DNA of 46,155 bases from Eremomyces bilateralis CBS 781.70 (taxonomy: Eukaryota). The stretch lies in the NCBI GenBank assembly GCA_010015585.1, contig ML975157.1. One strand, 5' to 3'. Shown piece after piece: positions 11,061 to 22,631 of this stretch (position 1 is the stretch's first letter; every line of letters starts with the position of its first letter). The notes beneath the pieces are model-generated. The model was not told where the DNA came from and searched no databases. It worked only from the letters and a program-made list of their open reading frames with translations. The position numbers and the translations under genes were made by a program.

Positions 11061-13775
11061 ATGAGGCGACAAGACCACGAGGAGCGGTCCTCCTTCTCCC
11101 GCAACACCAGGCCGTCGCTGCGGCCCCCCCCACGATCCTCGTCCTACGCCTCCAACCCCCCCGCATCCTGGTCATCGTCAGCTGCAGACAGCCCCAGAAG
11201 GATGAGGTCCTCGCGCCGACGATGGCCGCCGTCGCCCAGCGTCGAAGATGAGGCCTCGTCGCTGGCGAAGGAGTTTGGCGGTTTCAGCCCGCAGGGCTGG
11301 ACGTCGGAGGGTAGCGAGGCCTGCATGCGCGGCGAGATCGACCAGGAACCGCTGATGCTGGACGTGGACACCGACTCCGACAACCAGAACCCCGAGCGTC
11401 GGTTTGTGCTGGTGAACAACCTGAAAGGCACGGCCTCGTCTAACGCGAACGGGCGCGATGCAAGAGGAAACTGGCGAGGTGGGACAAAGCACAATGCACG
11501 ACTGGATCCGGAAGACGATGATGTGCCCATTTACACGCGGCGTCAGCCCTCTCCATATACAATTTCGAACCCCCAAAATCGCCTCTCGGGTGAGTATGTT
11601 CTCGCGGAGCATGTCCTTTCATCCTCACCCGGGCGCACCTCGTCCCAAGCTCCGTTCAAGAGTTCCACATGGTCGAGTGCTTCGTCCACCAAGAGCTCAG
11701 GCATACGTACCCCAGCCGAAGCCCCGTCCAGAGAGTCGTTGGGTACCGAGGACAAATATGAGTCTCGGGATGGCAAGCAGCCACGAGGTGTTCGCTTCTC
11801 GTCTGACTACGCCAACGTTCAGACAAGTACCCGCCTAACCCAGAGCCGTCCGGCGACCGAGAAATCGACGAGCGGCCGCAGAGCGACGTACGATGACGCC
11901 TCCAGCTCCGAGCCTGCATATATACGACAGAAAGCGTCGCCGGTACCATCTCCGACCGGCTCGCCAGCGGCAAGCCCTTCGTTGACCACCAAAGAGTTCT
12001 TCCCCGCGCGTCCAAGGGCTTCGAGCAATCTCAAGACCGCGACTAGTCACTTACGAAGCAACAGCCGACAAAACAGCCCGCTCGCCTCTCCGGTTACCAA
12101 AGATGAGCACTGGGATCCCTCCTTTAACCAACGCCCAAGCCCAAGGCCATCATCGCCTTCATCCAATCTCGAGGGTAGACCGGTCAATACACCGACATTG
12201 GTACCGCAACTTGATACGAATGCGCTGAATCAACGACCGAACGTATCCCTGGGATCATCCATCCCATCGCGTGCTGATATACCGCCTGCAATCGCGGTTC
12301 CGCGGAACGAAGTGCCCCCATACCCTTCAGGCTCAGGAACAACCCCACTTCCATACCCCGATGACCATATGTCATCCTTGATGCCCGCGCACGAAAGCTT
12401 CACCTCCCCTATCGAACCCACGGCGGCACCGTTCATAGTCGCACCCGCGATAAATATGCCGACGCCGAGTAATGCGAGCAACCAGTACCTATCCGACCCC
12501 GCCACTCGACCACCCGCGCTGGTTCCTGCGGGGATGGCACCGCCGTCGCCCAACTTAGACTCCCAAGGGCTCTTACCCACCGAGGTCCGACGAACCGAGT
12601 CACGCTCCCCAGCCCGTCCGGCCACCACCTCCCTCCCACGCTGTCCACGCGGCGAATTCAGCTCGCGCTACGACGACTGGTACATCCTCGACAGCTTCCC
12701 CGAGTTCGATGTCTGCCCCAGCTGCCTGGACCAAATCATCGACCGCACCATGCCCGAACTCTGCCGCTACTTCAAGCGCGCGCCGCGCCGCCCCTCCGGC
12801 ACCGCGACGCGCTGCGACTTCAACAACCCGTGGGTCCGCCTTGCGTGGCTGCTGACGCTGCAGAACAGCCGACCAAAGATCGACCTCCTCGACGACGTTG
12901 CGCATATCTACGCGAGCGGGGAGCGCTGTCCGGGCGAGTCGGAGGTTTCTGGATCGTGGTACGGCCTGCTGGATGGGGATCGGCTGATCGGGGACTTCGC
13001 CGTCTGTCCGGTCGACCGCAAGGTGCTGGAGACACTGTTCCCTTCGCTCAAAGGGCAATTCACCCGCCTTTCGACGAGCGATCCGCGCCGTCGTCGATGC
13101 GCCACTCGTGTCGGCAGCCGGTGGTACGCGGCGCTGCTTGATGCCTTCGTCGAAATGGACAGCAAAGCGGGAAGCCGCAGCGGAAAAGTGGATCTGAAGC
13201 CGCTCCTCGAGCTCCTCCGCACCACCTCTGCCAGCAGCACCAGTTCCTCCTCCGCCTCCTCCTCTACCAACCACCCCCCGCAAACCCCCGACCCCTCCCC
13301 CAAATGCGCCCGCGACACCCTCGTCCTTAATCGCCACTGGCACATCATCCCCTCCCTCCCCGAACTCACCGTCTGCCCCACCTGCTACGCCGACGTCATC
13401 CGCCCCGCCCTGCACTCCGGCTCCCGCCTCGCGTCCTCCTTCACCCGCACGCCCCTCCTCCTCCCCGACCCCTCCCTCTCCAGCTCCGTCTTCTTCCGCC
13501 CGCCGTCCTCTACCCAGGGCGCCTCGTGCCAGCTGTACTCTCCGCGCATGCGCCGCGTGTGGGCGAAGGCGGTGGCCGGGGGGGATGATTTTGAGTACCT
13601 GGCGCGGCGAGCGAGAGAGAGGAGGAAGGTGGAGGCAGCGGTGCAGGGGCAGCATGCGTCGTTGGTGAGGTTGATGGAGCAAAGGGGGAGGGAGGCGGTG
13701 AGTCCGAGATTGGCGGAGGAGCGGTTTGAGAGGGAGTGGAAGGAGGTTTTGAGGGAGTGGAAGGAGTGGGAGTGA
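11061..13775 (+). CDS. Ser/Pro/Arg-rich protein with C-terminal triple Cys/Trp repeat domain (conserved fungal hypothetical)
   Basis: Long ORF with first likely ATG at 11061. Disordered N-terminal part, then repeated C-x(9-10)-W...VCP..(C)...C units and CQLYSPRMR. Confidence 0.8.
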   Translation: MRRQDHEERSSFSRNTRPSLRPPPRSSSYASNPPASWSSSAADSPRRMRSSRRRWPPSPSVEDEASSLAKEFGGFSPQGWTSEGSEACMRGEIDQEPLMLDVDTDSDNQNPERRFVLVNNLKGTASSNANGRDARGNWRGGTKHNARLDPEDDDVPIYTRRQPSPYTISNPQNRLSGEYVLAEHVLSSSPGRTSSQAPFKSSTWSSASSTKSSGIRTPAEAPSRESLGTEDKYESRDGKQPRGVRFSSDYANVQTSTRLTQSRPATEKSTSGRRATYDDASSSEPAYIRQKASPVPSPTGSPAASPSLTTKEFFPARPRASSNLKTATSHLRSNSRQNSPLASPVTKDEHWDPSFNQRPSPRPSSPSSNLEGRPVNTPTLVPQLDTNALNQRPNVSLGSSIPSRADIPPAIAVPRNEVPPYPSGSGTTPLPYPDDHMSSLMPAHESFTSPIEPTAAPFIVAPAINMPTPSNASNQYLSDPATRPPALVPAGMAPPSPNLDSQGLLPTEVRRTESRSPARPATTSLPRCPRGEFSSRYDDWYILDSFPEFDVCPSCLDQIIDRTMPELCRYFKRAPRRPSGTATRCDFNNPWVRLAWLLTLQNSRPKIDLLDDVAHIYASGERCPGESEVSGSWYGLLDGDRLIGDFAVCPVDRKVLETLFPSLKGQFTRLSTSDPRRRRCATRVGSRWYAALLDAFVEMDSKAGSRSGKVDLKPLLELLRTTSASSTSSSSASSSTNHPPQTPDPSPKCARDTLVLNRHWHIIPSLPELTVCPTCYADVIRPALHSGSRLASSFTRTPLLLPDPSLSSSVFFRPPSSTQGASCQLYSPRMRRVWAKAVAGGDDFEYLARRARERRKVEAAVQGQHASLVRLMEQRGREAVSPRLAEERFEREWKEVLREWKEWE

Positions 13776-14965
13776 GGATCGGAGGCGATCGATGGGGGGT
13801 TGGATATATTCACGTTTGTTTCAGAGGTTTATGAACGAAGCAACGATAGCGATGGAATGGATGGCATGATGGATGATCGACTGGATTAGCGAGTCACGTA
13901 CATTGAACAAAAGACGTGTATTTCATTCCGATAGCATAAAAAAAGGGGATATCTGCTCCTTTGCATCCAGCGTCCGTCCAGCTAATTAAGGTGGGCGACT
14001 AAACTCATACCGATGTCTCATTCGGGCAATCGCAATCCGGACGTCAACAGCCAAACTTTTATCATACACACACAGTGAAGGGGGGGAAGATCAATGAAAG
14101 CACGCGTCGAAGCCAAACCGTGCCCATTACATGAATCCGATCCGAAACCGCTCGACAAGGGGTCGACTGCGCCATCCTTGCCTAACGAGGAACGTTGCAA
14201 CATTCTCATCAGTGTCACACTGAACATATCCACACGGGTGCAGAAGCCTCAACTAGCGAACGCGCTGAATCCTGCCGATTAGTGTCCAGGTGCGATCCCA
14301 TCAACCATTTTGAGCCATGTCATGCAAAATCCCGATGTCAAGATCACGTCGGGCGTCCGCGATTTCGAGAATGAACAGGACGTCAACCAGGGTCACTCCT
14401 TTGTCGATCATGCCTGCGATACGCGAAAGTGATTGGCGGGGCGCGCCGATCAATGAATAGTAGAGCAGCCGAGGTCTCAAACGTTGCGCTGTGATTTAGT
14501 GTCGTGCGAATAGGTGTCCGATGACAGTGAAATCAGGCTCGGAACACGGCCCGGACGATCCGTTGTTGGTGGACTGTTGCGATGCGGACACGGCCATGCG
14601 TTGCAGTGATTTCATCGCGCAGTATCAAGAGCGGGGTGTGACGGTAACAGAAAATAAAGGGTGGTTGAGGTCCATCAAGGAGAATCGTGAGAGTCGAGAA
14701 CAATTCATCAAGCAGGTGAGATGCATCAGGCAAGCTGAATGTCGAGTCAGGTGAGAGGAGTCGCAAACGTCATCAGTCCGGTAGTCAAGGCGATGTTACG
14801 ACCAGAAGATGATACGGCGTCAGTGTCGCGAGCATAGCATAGCATCAAAGAAGTCCGCTTGTGCGCGGATATGGGCGGCAGTATGATCAGGCGAATCGAG
14901 AAGGTTCAACGTCGTGACGGGAGCATTCACGATCTCACCAGAGACGCAACGGTCAGCCAGGCGCC

Positions 14966-16850
14966 CTAAGCGGTGCCGGGCGGTTTTGTCTGATCCTGAC
15001 CGGGGGTCTGACCGGGCAACTGACCCTGTTGAGCGGCTTGCGCTTGGTAGGCGTAGTACATCTGGTAGTAGTTCTGAATGCCACCCCACGCAGCATACGG
15101 ATCACTAGCAGGGTCGGCACTAGGCATCCCGGCAGGAGCGGCCTGTGCTTGTTGCGGCATCATGTAGCCGGCTTCGGGCTGCGCATATGACTGCTGTTGT
15201 GATTGCTGCGGTTGTGAGTATGCATCGAAGTGATCACTGGGCGGTCTTCCGCTGCGGCGACCACCTCCACCTCCACCACCGTTCTTTTCACGCTAGCTGG
15301 TGTTAGAATTGGACCAACACAAGTGAGGATCAAACAAACTTACCACTGCATCGACTTTTTCCCAAATAGCATTTTTCGCGGCTTCGATAGCTTGCATTGA
15401 ACCTACCAGGCCGATTTCACGTTCAATGTCCGCACCGGACGGCTGCGTCACGTTGATCTTGCATCCGGTGGAGTTCTGCATCTCTTTGATCGTCTCACCA
15501 CCCTTGCCGATGACCATGCCGACAGCCTCGGATGGGATTTGGATGGTTTCGTTCACCTTTCCCGTCGAGTCTTGAAGGTCATGACCGATTCGACCCGTGT
15601 CTCTGGGAGGCTGACCACCCTGGGACAGATTGCGCGTGTCGCTGTCGACGATCTCCATAATCAGGTCCTGGGCCTTTTGAGCGGATTCTGCGTTCCCAAT
15701 AAGATTGACGGGTCGAAGGCCGTTCACACTCTTGTCTTCTCCTAGGATATTCACGTGGCAGGCGCTGCGATCCTGCAAGTCGCGGATGGTTTCCCCTCCC
15801 CGTCCAATAATGAGGCCCACGGTACGATCGGGAACCATGATCTGGATGCTCTTTTCTCCCTCTCGAAGAGGCTGCGGGAGGCCCTTGGAGACTTGCGGTT
15901 GCGCACGTGGCATCTCTCTCGCGGGCTCCCCTCTGGGCTCTCGAGGCTTTCCACCACCCTGCGGGCTTTCTTCAATGATGCGATCGATTTCCCGTGTGGC
16001 GTCTTGGCGCTGGCGAGGCGTTCCCGAGATCCTGCACTGTCTCCTGGGTCCCGCGGATTCGGGTCCGGTGAGAAATTGAATTCGGGCTCCAGTCTCGGCT
16101 TCCACTCGTCGCAGATTTTCCCCTTGTCTGCCAATGACGAGGCCGACCAAGGTGGAATCAATGACGATCACCTCCGAATTGTCGTCAGCGCGTCCATCAT
16201 CCCGATCGCGATGGCCATAGCTTCTTCCGGGAGGCGAGAAATTTTCGCGGCCACGTCCGGGGGGGGACCTCGAGCGATCACGGCGGGGGTAAGGGTCGCG
16301 ACGATCACCGCCGCGCCGTTCGTCTCGGTAAGGATTGTAGTTGTCCCGGAAGCTTTGACGAGGAGGGGTCCGGGATCTGGATCGTGAGCGTCGGTATGAC
16401 CGAGGCCCTGAGAGGAATGTCAGTATCCTGGTGCTTGGGTGAAGTGCATCTGAAAATAACTTACCCGTCGAAGCGCGTCCTGAGTCATAAGCGAGACCCT
16501 TTTCTGCAGCGATGCCACGGGCCTTCGCAATCGCATCCGCAATGGACACAGAGCCGGAGTTGACAGGTTTGATAGCACTCAAGTCAAGGGCACCTGTATT
16601 GGTCGGCGGCGGAAGCCCATAGCCACCAGCACCGGGGTTAGGTAAACCATAACCCGATGGCCCAGGTTGCTGCGTCTGCGGGTTTTGAAGAGGTTGGCCA
16701 GGTTGGCCTGGTTGTCCTTGCGGGGCCGAAGGCTGTTGAGCCGCTATTGAATTCATCAGTACCAGTACTGGGAAAATTTTTGACAAAGCAGTGGCACAAT
16801 AACTTACCAAGTGCGGCCAGGATGGACGATATATCCGGCTGTCCCGCCAT
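14966..16850 (-). CDS. KH-domain RNA/ssDNA-binding protein, FUBP/PSI-like
   Basis: Exons 16850-16808, 16743-16465, 16407-15344, 15292-14966. Three GxxG KH loops (VIGRQGE, IIGRGGE, VIGKGGE), an RS-rich segment and a Tyr-rich C-terminal motif DPYAAWGGIQNYYQMYY. Confidence 0.9.
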
Positions 16851-17235
16851 GTCTGCGGTCAAATGGGGTGAACGGTTGGAATTGCGCAACACTCAGGAAA
16901 CGAGCGGCGGAGTGGCGGCTTGAAATTGATCGCTATTGTGCGCTGTGGCTGACAAGTGAAATGCAACGAGTTCGAGTGGGAGAGGGTGAGACGGAGAATG
17001 AAAGACGTGTTATCGATGCAGTAGAAGAATGAAAGAAAGAGGAACGGGAAGTGTTCGAATGCGAAAGAGGAAAGAGTTTGAGTGGAACTTGCCGACACTG
17101 CAGACTCCAGGGGATTGCAATGGTCACGTGCTATCTATTCGGCCAGGGCGTGGGATAAGGCAATAAGGTCACAATATCATATCCCCTTGCCTGCACAACA
17201 CATGGACGGCATTCGATAAGTTGTGATCATGGTAG

Positions 17236-17281
17236 CAGGTAGGTACCTACAGGTAGGTACGGAGGTAGGTGCCTAGGTACC
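17236..17281 (+). repeat. degenerate AGGT/TAGGTA microsatellite-like tract between VPS17 3' end and KH-gene promoter
   Basis: caggtaggtacctacaggtaggtacggaggtaggtgcctaggtacc. Confidence 0.6.
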
Positions 17282-17443
17282 GTAATTAAGATATGATTCG
17301 GATTACTGATTTCATTGCCATGTCTAAGAGTCGGCTCGCTAGCGATACAATCTCATCCGATACAATCTCGTCCTTCCATTCCGTAGGCAATCATTTCATT
17401 CCCGCAATACGCCAGAGTGCTCCAAGGCTACTCTACTCGACTA

Positions 17444-19314
17444 CTATAGCATGGTCGCCAATCTGCTCGCCGCATTCCGCGCGTCCACCCGATCCTGATC
17501 AGCCTCGTCCACCGAATCTTTAGAGCCGTGTTTCCCCTTCGGCGTCGCCTCCGCCGCCTCGTCCTCCTCCGGAACCGGATGCACGAACCCACCGCTGACG
17601 CTCCGATTGAGCCCATCCTGACGCCTCGGCACACCACTCCAGGCGTCCCCTTTCGGCCCCTGACTGCTTGCCAAGCTCACCCGTCGCTGAGACGGATGCG
17701 CTTCCCTCCCCAGGCGGGAGAGGCCGCCCGACGCATCGATGGCGCGGATGTCAGGGCGCACGGTCTCGAGGGTGGCGAGGGTGCGGCGCTCGGCTTCGAT
17801 CTGGCGGACCACGTACTCGCGGATGCTCTGCCGCATGTCGGCTGCGGTGCGGGTGAACCACTTCCGGCGCTCCTGGACGAGGTTCGCGGTGACGCGTTGG
17901 GCTTTTTGCCCGAGGTGCGTCTCGTGCGAGAGGGCTTCGTCGAGGGCGGCGATAGCCTCGTCGACCTTGTCGCGTCGGACGCTGGACGAGGATCGGAGTC
18001 GGTCGGCGGCGGTGGTCTTGGCCCGAGCAGACTGCTGCGCCTGGAGAAGTTCGCGGAGGAGGATGTGCCGGTTGGTGAGAGTCTCCTTGACGATGAAAGC
18101 GTCGGAGGAATGATAAGCAAGGGGGTCGCCGAGTGTCGTGGCTTCGGACGTTCCCTGGGCCGCATGGAAGTCCCCAGCCATTTGGATAATCCTTCCTAGC
18201 TTTTTATACGCGTTCGAGAGCCCTTGATGGATTTCCTGGGCGTGCATCTGGGCCATCTTCACGCCGAGTTCGGCTTCGGCTAAACCGAGTGCTGTCAAAT
18301 ATTAGCATCCTTGTATGAGGTGTTGTCGCGCAACATGACATACCGCGTCTAGCCTTGACGACTCGTTCTAATTTCTGGCTAGCATCCATGGTACCTAGGT
18401 AGAAGAGCTTCACGACGGGTCTTGCCTCCGCCAATTCGGGGGTATCGTCGGGCGGCGGAGCGAACTGCTTCAGCATCTTCCGCCGCACCCCGGTTGCGGG
18501 CTGTTTGCGTCGGACGACCGGACTATAACCAAAATCGCTCTCCACGAAAAAGACCATCTCTTCATCCCGCTTCAGCACCTCGTTGGAGCACACGGTGTTG
18601 AGCCAGCGCTGAATGGCGGTTTTGATCCGCACTTCATCCTCGTCCGTTCCCACGCCCGCGGACGTGACCGACGTGGGAACCGCAGGGACCAATGCTTCTG
18701 GGTTCGCAGAGATGAGGTGCTCGGCTAGCTTGACAAACTCGGAATGGGTGCGACGGACGTCTCGGAATTGGGTCGTCCTGAATTTCGGGAGGTTGGTCTT
18801 ATGTCGATGTTAGCCAACTATCACACTTGCTCCACGCACCACGACAGGCACCTACATAGACGTCAAACTTAAGTATCGGATCCTTTTTGCTTGTCCGCTC
18901 TAGGCCGGTGATCTTGGCCTGTAGCTTATAGTGCGGCGCGCTCGGCCGTGCGCGAGAGGACTGTGGCCGTTGTTGCTCGGTCGTCGCTATATCCCCTCCA
19001 TGAAAATGCTGCTCTGCGCGAGGGGCAGTCGAAGGCGTTGGTACCCCATGGCCTGAATCGGTCATACCGGATGCCCCCAAATCATCCGAGTCCTGACGTT
19101 GATGTTGGCCATTTGCGCCTCCGCGGAACGGACTTTGGGGAAGCCCTGGGTGGGTATCGTCGTCGGCATTGTAGGGTGACGGGGGGAGAGGAGCGGAAGG
19201 GACGTCGGCGGCGGACGGGGCGCCGAACTCGGTTTTATTATGTTGTGGTGAGGTTGCCCACGGGGATCCCTCTGCGGGATGATCTGGATCCTGGCCTATG
19301 GAGGAATAGTCCAT
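17444..19314 (-). CDS. VPS17: retromer sorting nexin Vps17 (PX-BAR)
   Basis: Exons 19314-18856, 18797-18344, 18291-17444. LQAKITGLERT..DPILKFDVYTNLPKFRTTQ, FVESDFGY, KETLTNRH, IDASGGLSRLGR. Confidence 0.93.
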
Positions 19315-19764
19315 TTTGGAGAAGAGTGCGCTTGGAGCCGTTCAGAGCGGGTCAGCGGTATGGTATTGATAGCGGAAGGTCCGGAAGATCCGTGGATCAA
19401 ATGACGAGGACGGGATATTGGAGGGAGAATCCCGATTAAGTACTCCGTGCAAATTGTAAATTAGCAGCAGGAAATGGTATGAATTACTATTACTCCCAAT
19501 CAGAGTGAAGGTCAACTGACACGGCAGTTGGTGTAGTTGAAGTCGGAGTGCTGCTGGGCGGAGTGGAAGAGAGCTTGGGTATGGAGCTGCTCGACCAATC
19601 AGCGTCCTATGTGACTGATAGGTCAAATACGACAGTATCAAACAATTCAGGAGGAACTTACGACTTTTTCCCCCAGCTTTCCCAATTATTATCAACACTC
19701 CTTTACCTGCTTTTGGAATTTGTCGGACTGTAGGAAAACGAAAGCGACATTGGGGATTCTGGGT

Positions 19765-22551
19765 ATGAGAGCTGGCGCGCCGCGAAAGGCGTTTCATGGC
19801 TTTCTCAGGTTGCGCCAGGTGCGGAACTTCCATGCCTCCCGAGCAGTTGGTCGCCAGGAAAATGGCGTGGAGCTTTCTCGGACGAGGAATATTGGGATCA
19901 TAGCCCATATCGATGCTGTATGGATGACCGATCTGGGATTTGGGATGCATGTGGGTGCTGACAATGACAGGGCAAAACCACAACCACGGAGCGCATGCTC
20001 TATTATAGTGGACACACGCGACGTATTGGAAGTCAGTAAAGCAAAGATTCAACTTCTTTAATCGGCTAAAAGGCTCAAGTCTTGATTATTGCATTTTCCG
20101 TCTTTTTATTGTTATCTATCATACTTCCTCGATTTACTTACTTTCTCCTGACCAGACGTTGATGAGGGTTCGACGGTGACGGACTTCCTACCCGCCGAGC
20201 GAGCCCGTGGAATCACCATCCAGTCCGCTGCGATAACGTTGCATTGGCCTCCTCGGGCCACCGATGACTCGGTCGCTGGCGACTCGGTTCCTTCTCTTAA
20301 TAACCAGTCGCACCGGATCAACCTTATTGACACTCCAGGTCACGCCGACTTCACCTTTGAAGTCGTCCGCTCTCTTCGTGTACTAGACGGTGCCATCTGC
20401 ATTTTAGACGGAGTGGCGGGCGTCGAAGCCCAGACCGAGAAAGTCTGGATCCAGGCGGACCATCACCAGATCCCGAGGCTGCTGTATGTCAACAAGCTGG
20501 ATCGCAACGGCGCCTCATTTCGTCGTACCGTACGCGATATTGCATCTCGACTCCATGTGTGGCCAGCGGTGTGTCAGATCCCTTGGTTTGACGGTGCGGG
20601 CAAACTCATCGGCCTGGCCGATGTCGTTGGTCTGAGGGCATTGAAGTGGGTCGCAGGGTCGGATGGGCGTGTGATCGAATCGATTCCGTTGCAGTCGTTA
20701 AAATCACATGATACGGTGCTTGCGATGGAGATCGCAAAAGCAAGAGAAGCGCTAGTGGAAATACTCAGCGAGTTCGATGATCAGCTGGTCGAGAGCTTCC
20801 TCGACAATGACCAGAATCACCTGGCAATATCGGAGCACGACATGCTTCATGCGCTCCGACGATGCACGTTGCATGACCCCCAGCGCGTCGTGCCGGTCGT
20901 TATCGGCGCGAGCTTGAAAAACATCGGAGTGCAGCCTCTCCTTGACTGCGTGAATCGATTTCTTCCGGCGCCGTCGGATCGACCAAGTCCGAAAGTGCAG
21001 CTCGACCAAGCCCAACCGATCCTTGACGACGTGCTTTCGGGGGAAGCAATCAAGGCCTACCTTGAAGCACAGAAATCCCGCTCGAGAAAGGCAAAAAACC
21101 TGGCAACACGACGCCCCATGGCGCTGGTTCAATCCATGGAGAGCTTATCCTTGGCGTTCAAAGTCGTCAATGATGCAAAGCGCGGCGTCCTAGTCTACGT
21201 TCGAGTCTATTCAGGGGCCCTTTCGCGGAACTCCAACTTATACAATACGAACCTCAAGCTCGTCGAGAAAGCGACTCGCTTGTTGGAGATGTACGCTTCC
21301 GACGCCGTCGATGTTCCTCAGATCCAGGCGGGTCAGATCGGAGTCATCGTAGGACTGAAGCATGCTCGAACGGGCGACACTCTTCTCGGGCACGTTGGCC
21401 GCGCGTCGGTCCCTCCGCCGATCGATTCGCTGCAATTGCAACCCATCGTGGTCCCTCCCCCTGTGTTCTTCGTTAGCCTCGAACCCCAGAGCCTGTCCGC
21501 TGAGAAGCAGCTGGCCGAAGCGTTGGCGATTCTTCTGCGGGAGGATCCCAGCCTGTCGGTCTCGACGGACAATGAGAGCGGGCAGACGCATCTTGCGGGC
21601 ATGGGCGAGCTGCATCTGGAGATCGCGACGGATAGGCTCATCAATGACCTGAAAGCGGTTGTCTCCGTCGGGAAGATTGAGATTGGGTACCGAGAAGCGA
21701 TCATCCGCACCTCGCAAGTGCAGGCAGGGGTATACGACCGTGAAATTGCTGGAAAGCGGTCCAAGGCTTCTTGTAGCGTTGTTGTAGCGCCGCGACAGGA
21801 TGAGGACTTGAGTAACATGTCAGGTAACGATGACCACACGGTCATGTTACCCGATGAGAACCTTCTCACCATTAGAATGGCAGACGAATTCGATGCCCGA
21901 CTCGAAAGCGGATCAGACAACCCGTCTACTCTCACCCTACCATCGGTCATTCAAGCCGCCAGAAACGGGGTCACCGCGGCTTTGGCCCGTGGACCGAAGA
22001 TGTCTTATCCCCTATACGGCGTGCATGTCCAGCTTTCTTTCGATCAGGCCAGCCTCTCCTCCGACACCACGCTTGGAGCTATTTCCGGAGCCGCACGGAG
22101 CGCGGCATCCCACGCACTCAAAAACTCGGTCGAAACCAGCGGCTTTGTACTGATGGAGCCCCTTATGCTCGTCGCGATCGACGTGAACGAAGAAAGCATG
22201 GGCCCCGTCGTCCACGACCTGAGCTCCGCCCGCAGCGGCCAAGTCATGTCCCTCGACCTTGATGAACCGCAGCACGACGCGTCGTCCGATTCCGACTTTG
22301 TCGTGGACATGCGCCGCGTCTACACGCCTCCGGATCCGTTCGGGGACAACGGCACAGGCACGGAATCCATCGCGCGAAGTCCGGTCGGTGGGCGGCGGCG
22401 GAATATCACGGCCAAGGTCCCGTTGAGGGAGATGGTGGGGTATCTGAAGACGCTGCGGTCGCTGACGAAGGGACGAGGGTCATTTACGATGGCGGTGGAT
22501 ACGTTTGAGCGGATGACGCCGGCACAGCAGAAGCGGATGCTGGCAGGGTAG
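19765..22551 (+). CDS. MEF2: mitochondrial ribosome-releasing factor 2 / EF-G2
   Basis: Exons 19765-19917, 19971-20031, 20156-22551. [54 protein letters not shown]; Arg-rich acid-free presequence. Confidence 0.9.
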
Positions 22552-22631
22552 CAAGAATTCAGCGATTCCAAACTCACGTATCTGGGTGAAATTCGAACAT
22601 GTTACTGGCTGGCCATCAAAATATTCTACAC

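Noticed and set aside
12600..13682. 360-aa antisense ORF and many similar overlapping ORFs (e.g. 17528-18199, 27250-27918, 29013-29663, 38535-39167)
   Set aside because: Shadow ORFs of GC-rich, codon-biased real genes; low-complexity translations with no motifs
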